Program-made: the position numbers and the translations under genes
Shown here: positions 47,077 through 61,500 of the stretch, one piece after another
Layout: every line of letters starts with the position of its first letter
Numbering within the stretch: the first letter of the stretch is position 1
NCBI GenBank assembly: GCA_043228905.1
Contig: JBHGNT010000159.1
Coordinates: 1-63,831 of the forward strand
Length of the DNA stretch: 63,831 nucleotides
Source: Azolla caroliniana
Taxonomy: Eukaryota; Plantae; Polypodiophyta
Direction: 5' to 3'
Notes under the pieces: generated by a model
Databases searched by the model: none
What the model was told of the DNA's origin: nothing
What the model saw: only the letters and a program-made list of their open reading frames with translations

Positions 47077-48911
47077 TGTCATGATGACACTAACATCATG
47101 CCTCGAAAGGGTTTGGACCCACAACCTTGTTGTGCACATGTCAAATCCTTAACCATTGTATTAATATTCTTATATGTATAGTTTTTAGAATATATAATCT
47201 AATATCATAAGAGTATTCTATATTACTCTACATTCTAAAATGACCTAGAATATTCTAGAGTGTTCCATACACTAGAACCTTCTAGATCACTTTACATTCT
47301 AGGATGACCTAGAATATTCTAGAGTGTTCTCTATTACTTATAAATAGGGATCTATGAATCATCCCAAACCTAAATTGGTTCAACTCCATTTTGTAACACT
47401 CTATTACCTACTCCTTGTAATCCATTTTACTCTACAATACAATATTTCCCTTTCAATTCTCTCTCTTTCTTTGTCTTTGCGCTATACCTTTCTCTCTCTT
47501 TCTCCCTCTTTCTATCTCTCCGTCTTGATAGTTTGAACCGATTTTTTCATTTCTTCCCCTTCCACAAACCTTAACAAGTTCTCTTTTTCCTTCTCCTCTC
47601 CCCTCGTAAGCTATGTAGTCTGTCAGCAAAGAGGAGTGTATGCGTGTTCTTTCTGAGCTCGACATGCTCACGAATAAATTTGTGGCATTAGAGCATGAAA
47701 ATCAAAGGCTACTTGGAGACCTACAACAAGTAAGCATCGAAAAAACTCAACAGTATGAAGAGTTATCACAATGGGTTCACCAACTCGAGGCGACTATATT
47801 AGCGAGAACAAGCGTTGGGGGCTCAGAACTCCCCTAGAGAACCAAAGATTATCCTCCCCACATCCCTCTCTCTGACATGTGATACTAGATCCCCTGAGTT
47901 ATCGACCATCTCTCTACGACAATTGCGTGAGGAAGGGGGGAACGAGGCCATGTTCGTCTTCGCAATAGTAGCAACTCCATCATCCACTTTACATGAAGCG
48001 GAAATTAAACTACCAGAGAAATACAAAGAGTTCTCAGATTTCTTTGATAAGGTGAAGGCCAATATATTGCCGGAGCATTAGCCATACGACTGCCCTATTG
48101 ACTTACAACCAGTGAAAGAGCCTCCATGGGGCCCAATTTATAATCTCTCCCCGATAGGGCTAGAGACTTTGCGGGAATATATTGATGAGAATCTGGCAAA
48201 CGGATTCATTCGACATTCTGGATCCCCTGTTGGTGCACCTGTCTTCTTCGTTAAGAAACAGAATGGGACTCTTCGGTTGGTCGTGGATTATAGAGGGCTA
48301 AACAAAGTGACTCTCCTGAATAGATATGCTCTACTGTTAATATTGAATCTTTTGGAACGTCTTAGTGGAGCAAAATATTTCACGAAGTTGGACCTTCGCG
48401 GTGCATATAATCTAGTTCGGATTCACCCGGGGGATGAATGGAAGACAACTTTTCGCACTCACTATGGACATTTTGAGTATACTGTGATGCCATTCAGTCT
48501 CACGAATGCACATGTAGTTTTCCAACATATGGAGAATGATATTTTTCGAGATTTTCCTGATATCTTCATTGTAGTTTACCTGGATGATATTTTAATCTAC
48601 TCGAAGACCCAAGAGGAGCATGATGAACATGTTCGTCAAGTATTGCATCGACTCCGAGAATATGGTCTCTACGCAAAATTGGAAAAGTGTAGTTTCAGCC
48701 AAAATCAAGTGGAATTTTTGGGGTATGTTGTATCATCAGATGGTATTACTATGGACCCCATGAAGGTACAAGCAATTTTAGATTGGCAAATGCCCCTTTC
48801 AGTGCACGATGTGCAATGTTTTCTCGGGTTTGCAAATTTTAATCGAAAATTTATTAAAGATTATTCCAAGGTCATGCTTCCGCTCACTCAACTCACACAC
48901 AAAAATTAGCC
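47077..48911 (+). mobile_element. T2: Tcn1-like chromovirus (LTR ~47077..47530, gag start, deletion, RT 48112..48909)
   Basis: TGTCATGA...TCTTGATA termini; REPKIILP; [42 protein letters not shown]. Confidence 0.88.
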
Positions 48912-50759
48912 ATTTCCATTGAGATGTATTTTTCGCAAATAACCCAATACCTTAGTTTCACCGCTCAACAGATGACCGAACTTTGGCAATCTCAAAGTGC
49001 TCTCGAGGCACGTGTCATTAGTTTACAACGTGACACTAATAGACCTAATGAGTGACAGGGTGAGCCATCATTTGTCATTAAGCCATTTACAAGAGAAAAA
49101 AAGGAAAGAATCGAAGAAGCAATCTGCACGTGCCTGGGCCGATGGGAGTCTCATTTTGAGCTCTATCCCATGCCAGATAGTACGAAGATTGCATATGTCG
49201 GCCGAGAACTAGAGGGTAAGGCCGTCTCCTGGTGGCGTGGGCTCCGTACTTTGGGGAAATTGCCTGATACCTGGACAGATTGTGTCACAGTTTTCAAGGG
49301 ACAATTTCTGCAACCTCCCTCTTGAACCGAGGCAACACAAGCTTTAATGAACCTCTCTAGCCGGAAATTTTCTTCACTAGAAGATTATGTTCACCATGCT
49401 AGAACCCAAATCCAAAAGTCGGGTCTAGAAGGGGACAATTGGTTAATATAGCTTGTTTTGTCAATGGCATCCCCAATTCGAACTATCACTAGATAGTGCA
49501 CGATAAGGATCCAAAATCCTTCGAAGAGGTCGTTGAAATAGTTCTTCTCTATCAACACACTTTGAAGAAGGACCACAACAAACCCAACGAAGCGCCCAGG
49601 GCTAAGCAGTCGCAATTCGCTAGGAAACACAAGACACCCAACGAATTCATAGATCACGATTGTAAGTGACAACATCTTTTTTGCGTATTCTGCAAAAAGA
49701 AGGGTCATACAAAAGAGCAATGTCGAAAGCTCCAACGGAAAGAGCATGACAACAAAGCTAAAGCTGCAGAGCATAAAGGTCAGATTCCTAATGTCCCTCA
49801 AGTCTATACACATCATTTAAGTAATTGTCAATGTTTTTTCCCTCACTATGTATTGGGTCCCAGTGATTTATTACGTGCAAACGGGTATATCAATGGATCT
49901 CCTATACAATTTTTGTTTGATTCGGGAAGCTCACACAATTTTGTGAATGATCGTTTGGTTCAGATATGGGGAATCCAACCCACCGTAAGTGATCACACCT
50001 ATAGGGTGCACTTGGTTGATGGAAGAGTACAATACATCAATGGGGTGATTCATTCATTAGGAATTTCTATTGATACTTATATAGAGGAAGTAGACTTCCA
50101 TGTAATGAATCTTTGTACCACTGATGTAATACTGGGTTATCCCCGGTTTTATAATAAAAGCTCTTCTTTATCTATTGATTGGGTTCATCATTCAATTACA
50201 TTTATACTGAACGACTATACTCATTTTATTCAATGTGTAAAAAAACAATCCCTCTCGATTGTTTCCTCTCCAACAATATCCAAGTTGTCTTTTTCTACTC
50301 TATTTTATTGTGTACTTGATTCAGACATTCACGTTTACAATATCGATAATGTCTCGATTCAATTAACATATTTTGAACAACAATAACTTGATGAAAGCTT
50401 AAATGATTTTCGTGATGTTTTTTCAAGGGAACTACCAGATGGGTTACCTCCTAAACGTAATATAGACCATTGTATAGATATTGTACCTGGCGTTGCACCA
50501 ATAAGTATACCTCCTAATCGCTTAAGTCGATCCGAAGAGGATGAGATATCTAAGCAAGTCAAGGACTATTTACGAATGGTTATATACGTTATAGTAAATC
50601 TCCATGGGGTGCACCAGTTCTCTTGGTTAAAAAGAAAGAGGGCACATGGCGTATGTGTATTAATTACCGACGCTTGAATAAAGTGACGATCAAGAATTCG
50701 TATACATTGCCCCGAGCTGACAATCTAATTGACCGTCTCTAGGAAGCTCGGTATTTTAC
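48912..50759 (+). pseudogene. K2 gag remainder, protease (49853..50386) and RT start
   Basis: [65 protein letters not shown]. Confidence 0.88.
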
Positions 50760-53700
50760 TGTAAAAGAATACGTTGTGCAGAAGCGTGTGCGTAAACACA
50801 GAGTACATAGTTCGGAGGAATAAGACAGTTCGGTAAAAAAAGCACAGAAAACGCAAAGATGGAGATGGAGAGAGAGAGAGCAGACAATAGAAAACTCAAA
50901 TTCAAAATAATACTCTCTGTACATACACCGTGCTCAGTGAGCGGCTTTTATACAAGCCCTAACATTCGGGTTGACACAAGTACTAACAGTACTTGACGCT
51001 CATAAATGAGCCGAGGAATATCTCTCTAACGGCCTCGCGGTTTACGCACCGCTACGGTCTATTGTGCACACGGTTTTACACACCCAATTACGCACCAAAT
51101 GTTGAGCTTGTCTCTCAACACTCCCCCTCAAGCTCATCTTGAGGTTCTGTCCGCTCTTCCAAATTCTACGCTCCGGTTCCTTTTGGCTTCACGCATCGCT
51201 CGCGCTCCACGACCCTTCCGGTCAGCTTGTCTGCTCATCCGGCCCTTCTCAGCTCCCTTGCTGTCGCGGTGTTGGCGCGTCCTTCGCTGCCCTTTTCTCC
51301 GCATGGCCCTCAGTAGGTTCGGCATATCCGAATCGAACACGTCCGATTCAATTTCACTCTCATCTGAATTGGTTGTCTCCAATTTGTTTTCAGCCTTTAG
51401 GCCTTTGACTACATCAGACCACAACTTGGTCTTGGCCTCTACGCCCTTCTTGGTTGTATCTCCCCCTGATTCAGGTATCCTCGGCTCTTCCCTACGGTTA
51501 TGGCCCTCGCTCTTTTCTTCGGCTTCTTCAGCCCGCCCGAAATCGAATTCTTCATTCGATTCCTCATCACGGTTACTTCCGTCGTGGTGAACACCTCTGC
51601 TCCTTTCATGCTCTGGTTCTTGTTCTTCCTTTCTCCCCTCAAGTTCGGCGTGTCGAGGTGACGCAACCCTAGCTCACCTGAGAAATGTTGTAACTTGTCG
51701 AGACCAACAGGCTTGCTGAAGATGCCGGCAACCTGCCGATCCATCAGAACATACGCTAGTTCGACTCCACCTAAAAGGACCTGCTCGCGGAAAAAATGGT
51801 AATGCACCTCAATGTGCTTGGTCCGGGTGTGGAATACAGGGTTTTTCGCAAGGTGGATATTGCTGAGGTTGTCGCAATGGATCGTCGTCGGATCAGACAC
51901 CTCTACATGCAGATCCCGTAACAGCCGTTTTAGCCAAACGACTTCGCATGTAGCGACAGCCACCCCTCGATATTCGGCCTCTACATGATCGCCGCACTTC
52001 CTAGAGAGAATGCGTATCCGGATGTGGATCTACGATCGTGGGCATTTCCAACCCAATCGGCATCCGTGTAACCGACTAACTGTTCGGCTACAGCTCAAAG
52101 TGTTCGGTCGTAGGTTGCGACATAAATTGACTGATTAAGCCGACCGGGTAGCTAAGATCTGGCCGAGTAATCGTCAAATAGATGAGGTTTCTGACAATCT
52201 GTCGAAACCGTGTCGGGTCGCATGCCTTGCTTGAATCTGGGCGAAGCTTCACATTTCTATCCAGAGGAGTCAAGATGGGTTTACAGTCTGCCATCCCGAA
52301 CTTGAAGAGTATATTCAGGGCATAATGACGTTGGCTGATCAATATGCCTTCGGGGGTACGGATCACTTCGATCCTGAGGAAGTAATGAAGGTCCATGAGA
52401 TCCTTCATTTCAAACGATGTCGCAAGCTGAGACTTCACGCGGCGGATTTCGTCAAGGTCGGCACCAGCGATGACTAAATCATCAATGTACAAGTGTAGGC
52501 TGACCGATCCATATTGTCTTTGCCAAACAAATAGAGAAGAGTTGGATTTCGACGTCGTAAACCCCATCCTACGCAACTATTGTGTAATCATTGCATTCCA
52601 TGCTCGCGGGGCTTGCTTGAGTTTGTAAAGTGACTTCTTCAATCAGCAAACTGCCAAAGTGGTGGTATGTTCGGATAGAAATCCGGGGGTTTGTACCATG
52701 TACACCTCTTCCTCAAGATCGCCTTGTAGGAACGCATTCTTTACATCCATTTGATGTAAGTGCCACCCCTTTGCCGCTGCTACTGCTAGCAGGACTCGCA
52801 CAGTAATCATCTTCGCGACACGCGCGAAGGTCTCGTCATAGTCCACACCATGCTTCTGCGCGTAGCCTTTTGCTACTAAACATGCCTTGTAGCGGTTGAC
52901 GGAGCCATCCGTCTTGTATTTCACTTTATACACCCACCGGCAGCCAATCGGCTTCACACCCTTTGATGCTTCAACCAGGTCCCATGTGTCGTTCTACGTT
53001 AAGGCGTGCATCTCTTCCTCCATCGCGGCGCGCCAGTTTGCGTCTCTCGCCGCTTCTACGTAGCTCTTCCGCCACTCGTGTCATGTATGTGTAATGATGC
53101 GCCATGTATTCATTATACCCATACTTCTTTACGGGGTTCTTCTGGCGGGTAGATTGGCGTAAATCGTGATTACCCGATTTAACGACCTTTTCGGCTGATT
53201 TTGACCTCTTCCGTGGAGGTTTCTTTACGATCAGCTCGATGTTAGATTCACTTCGAACGGACTCGGCGCTGCCGAAATTGTACTCTCGCATTTTCTTCTT
53301 GCCCTTCTCCTTTCGCGTAAACCGTCTCCTCGGTTCTTTACGCGGGGACATCATGGGTGAGTCTCCACTACTCGCCATCTCTTCATCTGGTTGGCCATCT
53401 CAACCAAACCTCTCATTTGGCCCACTTAGCCGAAATGAGATCAGACTCTCTCTTAGAGGTCCAACGTCCTCATCATGTGGAGGCATTTCAGCCTCGTTGA
53501 TCTCTTCTTCAGAGATTAGAATGGAGTCTTGAGGTACTGGAGGTGAAGGTAAGTTCCACAAAGCGGACTCGTCGAACACGACGTCGTGGCTTACACGTAC
53601 TTCCTTTGTTTGAGGGTTATAACAATTATACCCTTTCTGCTCATCTGAATAGCCTACCAAGATACATTTCTCAGTTTTAGCATCCAATTTCCTCCTTTTC

Positions 53701-54503
53701 TCCTTCGGCACGTGCACATACGCGATACTACCGAAAATTCTCAAATGTGCTAAGTTCGGCTTCTTCCCGAAATACAACTCATGTGGCAACACTCCTCCAT
53801 TAGCAGAAGTCTGATTCTGCAAGTAGATAGTCGTCTTCAGGCTTCAGTCCAATAGAATTTTGGCATATGCTTCTCTTCAAGCATTGCCCTGGCCGCTTCT
53901 TCAATCGTCCAATTCTTCCGCTCAGCCACACCATTCTGCTGCGGCATGTATCTACACGAGAATTTGCATCGAATTCCCTCCTTCTGTAAATAACTTGTGA
54001 ACTGGTCGGAGAAGTACTCCTTCCCGCCTTTGGACCGTAGGCATTTGATCTTACGCCCTGTTTCCCTTTCCGCAAGGCCCTTCACCTTCAAGAAACATGC
54101 GAAGACTTCGCTCTTCTTCGCGATTGTGCACACCCACGTGTACCGAGTGAAGTCGTCGATAAAGGTTACAACAAAGTAACGGCTTCCACCGAGACTCGCG
54201 TTCTCTGCCGGTCCCCACACATCCGAATGGATCAAATCCAGCGGAGTTCGACTACGATTACACTCATCAGGGAATGGAAATCGGTGTTGTTTTCCCATCT
54301 GACAAGCTTCGCAGACTTGGCCATTATGGCCCCGAAATTTCAGCAAGCCGAAGACAATGTTCTTCGTCTACATCTCACGAAGCCACGGGAAGTTTACATG
54401 GCCGAACCACTTGTGGGACATGTCGATATCCGATTCGACCTTTTGTCCTTTCGCGTACAACGTGGTTCCGTTTTGATTAGTGTCGAGGATGAACATCCTC
54501 CCT
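50760..54503 (-). mobile_element. Copia H (F-related), 3' LTR 50760..51120, decayed IN-RT-RH, 5'-truncated
   Basis: PPT 51121..51132; ORFs 53837..54346, 53400..53822, 52643..52957, 52088..52576 and 51439..51963. Confidence 0.93.
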
Positions 54504-54518
54504 TCTTAGTGTCGAGGA

Positions 54519-57500
54519 TCAACATCGGCCGGTTCGGCTGAAGAAGCCGAGGACCAGATCGGTTAGGACCGATCGGTTAGGCCGAGTGCGTAAACCGGGA
54601 GGTCGTTAGGAAAGATATTCCGTGAGGAATATATTTGGGAGTTAGTGTAGGAGCTCTTGATGAGCATTGAAGTACTGTCAGTACTTCGGTCAGTCCTTCT
54701 AGGACTTGTATAAAAGTGCTCACTGAGCACGTCTTATGTACAGAGATTGAGTATTATTGTGGAATATAGTTTTCTGTGTTTCTCTCTCTGTCTCTCCTGC
54801 GTATACCGTGTAAGCTCAAGCTCTCCATTAAACCTGTTTTTCCTTCTTTCTGTTCGGTCTTCATACTTGCTTCCGCACGCTACTTTCTACATGGTATCAG
54901 AGCGCGAGGATTGAGAACCTCTCTGCAGCCGACACAACTTGACGAAGAAGAACAAGAAGAACGATGGATAGAGGCATGGCGAGCTCGCTTCCAACAGAGA
55001 AGCTTGACAGAACCATCTACGCGTCTTGGTTCTACAAGATGCACCAGTACTTGCTCGGGCACGGCTACTGGAGTTATGTCGAAGGAGCTAATGACGCAGC
55101 ACCCGAATCGACACACAAAGACTTCCTGTCATGGGAGCAATTGGCAAGCAGGGTATTGTACTGCTTCGCGTCGTGTGTGGGCGAACAACTATTGAGCTAT
55201 GTTCGGGATGCAAAGACGCCGAAAGGTGCGTGGGAAAATCTAAAGAAGATTTTCGCCGCGAGCACCACAGCCAGGAAGCTTCAGCTCCGACAGGAGTTGA
55301 GCAACCTACGACAACGCGACTTGTCGGTGGCGGACTATACCTCGAAGATCAAGGATATCTGTGACTCCCTCACCTCCATAGAGGTGAACATCGAGGAGAG
55401 CGAAATGGTCCAGATCTGTCTCAGAGGTTTGGCGTCGAAGTTCGGAGCGTTCCGAACGGTTGTGTGTACTCGGGAGAATACGCCGTCCTTTTTCGACTTA
55501 CAGTCGATGCTCTTGGTAGAGGAGAACCATGCGGGTGCGTCTACAAGCACGCACACCGACAACAGAATGTTGTAAACGGAGGGAGATAGGCCCCGTGGAC
55601 GTGGAGGACGAGCCGAGTCGGCACGCAATGGTGGAGGCCGACGAGATCAAGAAATAAGGCACCGAAGTGATGCCGACAGCAACTCCGGACCCTCCGGAAA
55701 CAGGGGGAGTCGAAGCGATGAGAACCGGCAAGGGAAGTCCATCGCGGAGTGTTGGTACTGTGGTAAGAAAGGCCACAAGGAAAGTGAGTACTGGAAGAAG
55801 CGCACCGATTTGGAGAGAAGTGGTTCCGGGAACGGCTCCAGACATACCGACAAGGGAAATCGGCAGCGATCGCACTACGCCGAAGACTCCGGGAGAGTTG
55901 GAGAAGGAACTGCCTTCGTGACGAGACACGAAGCAAACTCAATGAAGCAGACCACCCCGAGATCGGAAGAGGTGTGGTACGTAGACTCCAGCGCGTCAAA
56001 CCACATGACGAGCCATAAGGAGTGGTTCTCGTACCTTGGAAAACCGGTAAAACCTGGAGTAGTCGCAACTGGAGACGACACTCCGCATCTGATCGCGAAT
56101 GTCAGAGAAGTTCCCCTTAGCCATGTCGGGCAGAAAGGGAAACTCATGAACGTGTTGCACGTCCCGATAATCACGAAAAACTTGGTCTCGGTCGGACAGA
56201 TCGTCGACCAAGGGATGGAGGTTCGGTTTACACACCTAGGGTGCTTCATTGAGGAAGAAGGCTGTGTGATTGTGCAAGGGCGCAGAGACGGGAGGATGTT
56301 CATCCTCGACTCCACTGACGGCGGCACCGCAATGTTCGCAAAGGGAGAAAAGACCGGGTCGGACATCGACTTGTGGCACAAGCGGATAGGCCACGTCAAC
56401 CACCAACGGCTTCAAGATCTACAATCGAAACAGGTAGTGTTCGGATTGCCCAAATTTAGTGGCCGAAAGGCACAAATTTGTGAAGCTTGCTAGCTCGGGA
56501 AGCAACACCGACTTCCCTTCCCCAACGAGCGAAACCGGAGCCGGAACAAGCTCGACCTTATACACTCGGATGTGTGGGGGCCAGCACAAAACGTTAGTCT
56601 TGGCGGGAGCCGATATTTCGTCTCCTTCATCGACGACCACACGCGGCACACGTGGATCTACCTCATTGAGAGGAAGAGCGAAGTCTTCGACTGTTTCCGA
56701 GACCTCAAAGGGTTCGTGGAAGCCGAAACGGGACGAAAGATCAAGTGCCTGCGGTCGGATGGCGGGAAAGAGTACTTTTCCGGTCAATTCAACGATTACC
56801 TACAACAAATGGGAATTCGCCGCGAATTCAGTTGTAGATACACCCGGAGCAGAACGGCGTGGCCGAGAGAAAGAATTGGTCGATTGTGGAAGCGGCACGG
56901 GCAATACTGGAGGAGAAGAGCTTGCCCAAGTTCTACTGCACTAAGGCGGTAAGGACCGCGGTATACATCCAGAACCGGATCGGAGACAAAGTGTTGGCGC
57001 ACGAGCTATATTTCGTAACGAAGCCGAACTTGCGACACTTGAGGGTGTTTGGTAGCATTGCGTATGTGCATATACCGAAGGAGAAAAGGAGGAAGCTGGA
57101 CGCAAAGGCGGAGAAATGCATCTTGGTCGGTTACTTGGACGAGCAGAAGGGTTATAAGTGCTATAACCCTCGCACCAAACAAGCGTGTGTCAGCCGCGAC
57201 GTTGTGTTTGACGAGTCCGCGTCCTGGTACCTGCCCTCGACTCGGAACCCCGACTCCAATACGAGCTCTGACGATGAGGTCAGTGAGGCCGAGATGCCTC
57301 CGAATGAACCCGAAATCGAGACCCGCGAAGAGAGTCCAATTTCACTTCGGTTAAGTGGACCGATTGGACGACTGAGTCGGTACGACCAGTCCGATGAAGA
57401 GCCGGCGAGTAGTGGAGTCTCGGCCGTGCATTCCCCACGTAGGAAGCCGAGGAGACGGCTTATGCGCAAAGAGAAAGGGAAGAAGAAGGTGTTGGATTCC

Positions 57501-58571
57501 GGCATGGAAACGAACGAGTCTGACCGACGCGAGTCTGACTCTGAGGGAACCGGTGACGGGTCTTTAAAGGTGAAGACCGCGTCGACCGAGAAGGCCTCGA
57601 CATCGGCTAATGTGAGATTACGCCGATCTACCCGCCAGAAGAATCTTGTTTTGCGGTTTGGATACAACGAGTACATGGCACAGAAGCGGCGAAGGACGCG
57701 AATTCGCGCGCCGCGATGGAGGAAGAGATGCACACATTGGCGGAGAACGAGACCTGGGACCTGGTTGACGCACCGAAGGGTGTGAAGCCGATCGGGTGTA
57801 GATGGGTGTACAAAGTCAAGTACAACACCGATGGCTCGGTCAACCGGTAAGGGGCTCGGCTAGTGGCTAAGGGCTACGCGCAGAAACACCGCATCGACTA
57901 CGATGAGACGTTTGCGCCGGTCGCGAAAATGACGACCATCCGTGTTTTGCTCGCAGTAGCCACGGCCAAGGGGTGGCACCTACATCAAATGGATGTAAAG
58001 AATGCGTTCCTGCAAGGTGACCTTGAGGAATAGGTGTGCATGGTACAACCCCCCGGATTTCACTCCGGAACGAACTCCTCGGCAGTATGCCGACTGAAGT
58101 AGTCCCTTTACGGACTGAAGCAAGCCCCGCGTGCCTGGAACGCGAAGATCACGCAACAATTGCGTCAGATGGGCTTCGTCACGTCAAAATCGGACTCTTC
58201 CCTGTTCATCCGGAAAGGTCGACTCGGACCGGTTAGTATTTTACTATATGTTGATGACTTGGTCATCACCGGCGCCGACCTAGGTGAAATCGACCGCGTG
58301 AAGCTCCAGCTTGCGGCATCGTTCGACATGAAGGATCTGGGGGACCTTCATTACTTCCTCGGGATCGAAGTGATCCGTACCCTCGAAGGCATATTGATCA
58401 GCCAACGCCATTACATGCTCAGTATGCTCTTCAAATTCGGGATGGCCGACTGTAAGTCCGTCTCGACTCCTCCGGACAGAACCGTCAAGCTTCGTCCCGA
58501 TACGGGAAAGGTATGCGACCCGACGAGGTTCCGACAAATTGTCGGAAGCCTCATATACTTGACCATCACCC
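54519..58571 (+). mobile_element. Copia G (same subfamily as F): 5' LTR 54519..54891, iMet PBS 54892..54903, gag-PR-IN-RT with stops, cut by E
   Basis: Highly similar to the reverse complement of F; ORFs 54964..55575, 55810..56493, 56572..57785 and 58160..58571. Confidence 0.95.
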
Positions 58572-61500
58572 TGTTACCGGCCGGCAAGGAGTCCAAAAGA
58601 CGGAGTGAAGGAATTAATTAGATGGTTGTAAATGAGCATAGTGTGGACGGACGGACTGGAAACGGTATGCCGTTCCAGATCCGGACGGATCCCGAATAGG
58701 TGCGAGAGGCACCGTTTTGTACTACGGGCCGGAAACCTATTTAAAGGCCCGGACCCCATTGTAATGACAGCGGATAATTAGTAGAGCTTATGTTGTTTAT
58801 ACTTCTGTCTTGATTTCCGTTCTGTAATCACTGTTATATCTTACGCGTGTAATTAACCAAAGCAATCTAATCGTGTAATTTACGTAAGTCGGTGTAATCG
58901 TGGAATCTTAATCCTATGCCGTAATCACCCTTTGGTGAAGTGTCTCCGTGACACCTTGTGTTAGGCCTTGTCCGGCTAAGAGAATAACACAGTTTTGGCG
59001 ACCACGATTCCTGCTTTCTCGCAACGAACGACGGTAATGGATGACTAGACCAACGCACGACTTGGTTACAGACCGAGCTCGACGCCTCGCCGAACGGCAA
59101 AGACGGCGTGAGACCTTCCAGCAAGCAGCGCAGGAAATTCGCTCGGATCGTTCGTTCTCCAACGAGATCCGGAGAGTCGCGGAGGAATCTCTCCGGTTAC
59201 GGCAAACTCGCGACCAGGACGACGGAGGCAGTCTAAGTAGTCTCCGGGAAACCGAACGACTCCTGGAGGCGTTGGCAAGTGGAGAAAACGAGGCAGAAGC
59301 CTTTTCAGCCTACGAATCGGATTCCGAAGGGGGATACAGCGTGCACACGAACTACCGGAGCAGCAACGATACCCCCGGCGGCCCGGAAGACGACGGGTCG
59401 GATACCGTGCCGACTCCAGAACCGGAACCGCTCAACCAAGGCTATCCGGAACCGCAAACGGAAGCCGTCAACCCACCAACACCGGAAGTGGAAGAAGCAA
59501 AGCCACCAACACCAACGAAAGGGCCGGCAAAAGAACCGGAAGTGGAACCGGAGAAAGAACCGGAAAAATATCAACAAACGCCACTAAACCGCGGCTTAAT
59601 ACTGGACGACGACATGCCGTTCCAATACTCAAAGTACCGCGATGATCCGGATGCGGAAGCGCATGTGGATGACTTCGAGCAGACATGGGAAGCAAATCAC
59701 ACGTCCCAGCGAATGACACCGGAGGAAGAAGAACGCTCGAAGATAGCGGAATTCGGAGTCACGTTGGAGGGACCAGCGACACGATGGCGGCGGTCGCAGG
59801 ACCCGGCGACCATCACAACATTTGCAGAATTAAAAGCAAAATTCTTGCATTTTTTCCACAAGGAGGTCGACCAGACGACAATGGTGGGCCTGTTTTATAC
59901 GATCCGGCAGGAGGCAGGGGAAAGCATTCCCCAATTCGTCATCCGTTTCCAACGAATGCATAGCCAGCTTGCCCGTGCACCCCCGGAGGAGGAATTACGG
60001 ACGATATTTTTAAACGCACTCCGGGAACCGTTACGCACGGTGTGTACGGTGATCGACTTTCGAGGATGCACCATCGATCAGGTCATTGACCGGGTCAGAG
60101 AAATGGAAAAGACAAGCTCATGGCTTACGCTGGGAACACTGCAACGGGCGTTACCCACCGAGGAAGATCTCCGGTTCCAGCAGGCAATTCAATGCACAAT
60201 CTGCTTGAATACCGGACACTCGGCAGTAGAGTGCACCATGCGCACTCAGTGTGTGATTTGTCAATCCAAGAGTCATACAACGGACCGGTGCGAGTATAAC
60301 CTGTTAAACCGACAAGCACCACCCGTCCGACGGATCGAGCCAAGAAGCAGCCAAGACGAAGATGACGATCGTTGGCAAAAAATGAACCGGTACCGACCGG
60401 CACAGGATGTCCGGTACGGAGACAGGCAAGAGAATGATGGCCGGTACGGGAATCGGCGTGATAACTACGACCGGTATGAGCGATCGGACCGTTATCGGGA
60501 GCCCAACAGACGACACGAGCAATACGACAGAGACCATTCCCCGGGTTACCGAAGGCACCAGGAGGACTACGGCTGATTTTACGATCTACCACGACCGGAC
60601 TACCGAAATAAAAATAAGAATAATAAGAAACGTAATTTCAAGAAAGGTGGTCACACTAGGGACCCGGAACAGGGAACCCCAAGGAGCCACCCGGCACAGA
60701 ACGCACCACTCACTACGGGACCGACTCCGGCTACCAGCAATGCTGAATCCAACAATACCCGTAAAGAGTACTGCTACTACTGCAGGCAGGAAGGCCACTA
60801 CAGTAACCAGTGCCCGGTAAAGAGCTACGAGAAACGACCAGCAGTTAATATGGTGGTTCCGGAAGTGGCGGATTTACAGCAAGTAACCACACGGTCGAAA
60901 GGCATGGCCAAAGAATGGGAAACACAAGAGGCCATACGAAAACAGGCGACGGAATGGGTGAAGGAAGCCAATGAAAGGAACGTCGCGGACGCGGAACGGC
61001 AAAAGGCGAAGACCATAGGGAGTGCCGGCGGTAGCCACCCAGAAAACGAGACATGGCAAGCACTACAAGAATGTCAGATCACGTTACCATTAGGAAGACT
61101 CTTGCAGCTCGTGCCGCGATTCACAGAAGGACTAAAAACGGTCATGACAGACGGTATAGCTCCACCGGCACCAGTCCTTTTCTCGAATCCGGAGGAGGGA
61201 CCGACGGTGGTGGACACTAATAGTCCGGCGATTACAGCTATTGTCAAAGGGCACGAACTTCCCGGCACCGTAATCGATGGAGGTTCCGGGGTGAACGTAA
61301 TCAGCCTCCGTACGTGTGATGCCTTGGGTATACATGAATGGGAGCCATGCCCGTTCTGGCTACGGATGGCAGATACGAGTTCGGTACGGCCGACGGGGTT
61401 AATACGGAAATTGGAAGTCACCATAGGAGGTCACACATTTCACATCTCGGCTGTAGTGCTGCAGCTACAGGCGCAAGGCGCGTACCCTCTGTTGCTGGGC

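Larger units (their letters stand above)
20456..50759 (+). mobile_element. K2: chromovirus in three pieces (20456..21371, 45166..46223, 48912..50759), host of the main nest
   Basis: Partial LTR ends at 20763; PBS TGGTATCAAAGC at 20766..20777; the pieces rejoin colinearly with K1. Confidence 0.8.
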
